Source: Erysipelotrichaceae bacterium
GTDB taxonomy: Bacteria > Bacillota_I > Bacilli_A > Erysipelotrichales > Erysipelotrichaceae
Length of the DNA: 32,000 bases
Direction of reading: 5' to 3'
Assembly: GCA_963676105.1 (NCBI GenBank)
Contig: OY781039.1
Coordinates: forward strand, 1,380,001 to 1,412,000
Shown: one piece after another, positions 30,536 to 32,000 of the stretch
Layout of the letters: every line of letters begins with the position of its first letter
How positions within the stretch are numbered: position 1 is the stretch's first letter
Position numbers and translations under genes: made by a program
Notes under the pieces: generated by a model
Seen by the model: only the letters and a program-made list of their open reading frames with translations
Told to the model about the DNA's origin: nothing
The model's database searches: none

Positions 30536-31411
30536 TCACTTTTTCAATTTAGGATCTAACGCATCTCTTAAAGCATCACCGATTAAATTCAATGAAAGTA
30601 CAGATAACATAATGGCAAATCCTGGGAATAAAACTAAATGCGGATAATCTCTAATAAAGTTTCTTCCAGCTGATAACATCGCGCCCCATTCTGGCGTTGG
30701 TGGTTGTACACCCAATCCAATAAAACTAAGTGCTGATGCAGCTAACCCAGAAGTCGCAATTGATAATGTAATTTGAACAATTAATGGTGAAATCGCGTTA
30801 GGAATAACATGTTTTGTAATGATTCTTAGATGACTCCCATTAATTGAAGTAGCAGCTTCAACATATTCCATTCCTCTTACAGTTAAAATACTAGCTCTCA
30901 TCAGTCTTGCAAACGCCGGTATCCCAGCAACACCTAATGCCAAAATTGCTTTATCAAAACCAACACCAAATACGGCTGATAAGGCGATAGCAAGCAACAT
31001 ATTTGGAAACGCTTGAATAATATCCAATAGTCTCATGAAAATACTGTCAAACAATCCACCAAAATATCCGGCAATTGCTCCAATAACAATCCCGACACTT
31101 GCTGCAATAGCTGTCGAGAATATACCAATACTTAAGGTATATCTTGTTCCATATAATAATCGTGTAAGAATATCTCTACCGAGATCATCTGTACCAAACA
31201 AATGTTCCATTGAAGGTGATGCAAATGCATTCATAATATCAATTTTATCGATGCTATAACCCGTTATTTGTGTTGAAAAAATTGAAAGAATTATTAAGGC
31301 AGTTAAAGCAACTGCACCAATAATTGCGCCTTGGTGATGAGACATTCTTTTCATCACAGTTGCAAGTTGGGAATTCTTCCAGTTATTGAAAGTACTATTT
31401 TCCTTATGCAT
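30536..31411 (-). CDS. Peptide ABC transporter permease (OppC-like)
   Basis: 291 aa with a BPD-transporter permease pattern including the EAA-like loop (YVEAATSINGS). Confidence 0.9.
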   Translation of the reverse strand: MHKENSTFNNWKNSQLATVMKRMSHHQGAIIGAVALTALIILSIFSTQITGYSIDKIDIMNAFASPSMEHLFGTDDLGRDILTRLLYGTRYTLSIGIFSTAIAASVGIVIGAIAGYFGGLFDSIFMRLLDIIQAFPNMLLAIALSAVFGVGFDKAILALGVAGIPAFARLMRASILTVRGMEYVEAATSINGSHLRIITKHVIPNAISPLIVQITLSIATSGLAASALSFIGLGVQPPTPEWGAMLSAGRNFIRDYPHLVLFPGFAIMLSVLSLNLIGDALRDALDPKLKK

Positions 31412-32000
31412 TAGCTTTCTTCTCCTTTTTCACATAACTAGCTCTAATTCTTGGATCTACAAACGCATAAAGTAAATCTACTAAAAGCATGACCATACTA
31501 AATGTAAAAGCTACAAATATAATTGAACCTTGAACAGCTGCGTAATCTCGAGCATTAATACTTTTAAGTAAATATGAGCCAATTCCAGGAATCGAAAAGA
31601 CTGTTTCAAGAACTAATGTTCCACCTAAAAGTAAACCAAATCTTGTGCCAATAACGGTAATAATTGGAATCAAAGCATTAGGCAAAGCGTGCGCATATAA
31701 AACTACTCGCTCTTTAACACCTTTTGCTCTAGCTGTTGTAATATAATCCGAGCGTATGACATCTAACATACTTGCACGCGTTTGTCTTGTCATCCCCGCA
31801 ACACCGTTTAGTGAGTTTGCAAACGCTGGTAAAATGTAATATTCAATACCACCAATACCCGCTGATGGAAACCACTTTAATTTTAGTGAAAATACAATTA
31901 CCATCATTAGTGCTAACCAGAATCCTGGCATAGAAACGCCAAACATCGAGAACAGCATGGAGCCTCTATCTTTCCAAGAATTTTCATTAACTGCTGAATA
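31404..32000 (-). CDS. Peptide ABC transporter permease (OppB-like), 5' end outside window
   Basis: The frame is open past the track ATG at 31958 to the window edge. It has the YITTARAKG EAA loop. It overlaps the OppC-like start by 8 nt. Confidence 0.85.
   Translation of the reverse strand, partial: YSAVNENSWKDRGSMLFSMFGVSMPGFWLALMMVIVFSLKLKWFPSAGIGGIEYYILPAFANSLNGVAGMTRQTRASMLDVIRSDYITTARAKGVKERVVLYAHALPNALIPIITVIGTRFGLLLGGTLVLETVFSIPGIGSYLLKSINARDYAAVQGSIIFVAFTFSMVMLLVDLLYAFVDPRIRASYVKKEKKANA

Noticed and set aside
1-32000. CRISPR arrays, tRNA/rRNA genes, transposases, integrases and phage genes
   Set aside because: No spaced direct-repeat array, no GC-rich cloverleaf-sized intergenic segment and no ORF with recombinase or transposase hallmarks was seen. 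The longest non-coding gap is about 350 nt and is AT-rich.

Overview
AT-rich, Firmicutes-like chromosomal window, with most genes on the minus strand. No rRNA, tRNA, CRISPR array, transposase or integrase was recognised. All family calls are by-eye motif recognition; nothing was searched.

Gene content:
- **Module A (519-8777):** a mannose-family PTS locus with a PRD regulator, EIIA-IIB-IIC-IID, an unusual membrane protein, a NagA-like deacetylase and a YdjC/ChbG-like deacetylase. A HAD-IB hydrolase gene follows, after a hairpin.
- **Module B (17811-25110):** a paralogous PTS locus with an MBL hydrolase, a HAD hydrolase, a PRD regulator, EIIB-IIC-IID, a YdjC-like deacetylase and an EIIA.
- **Between and around the modules:**
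  - htpG, preceded by a CIRCE-like operator.
  - A DEAD-box helicase.
  - A ParE/Phd toxin-antitoxin pair.
  - An FGGY kinase-esterase-MBL cluster with a divergent RpiR regulator and a truncated GyrI-like remnant.
  - A MATE efflux pump, a nitroreductase and an MFS transporter.
  - The oppBCDF-like part of a peptide ABC transporter.

Main non-obvious signals:
1. A 20-bp palindrome, TTGCAY-N8-RTGCAA, occurs in three perfect copies. All three lie at junctions of module B, which suggests an operator tying the MBL-HAD pair, the regulator and the PTS-2 operon into one uncharacterised regulon.
2. The module B EIIA has no ATG, GTG or TTG start upstream of its phospho-His motif. An ATC codon sits where the start is expected.
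3. The membrane protein in module A looks like a degenerate M28 peptidase.
4. An AAGTGCAA...ACACT element recurs at the PTS-1 and MATE promoters.
5. Several genes have a -10 box 6 nt from the ATG and may be leaderless.
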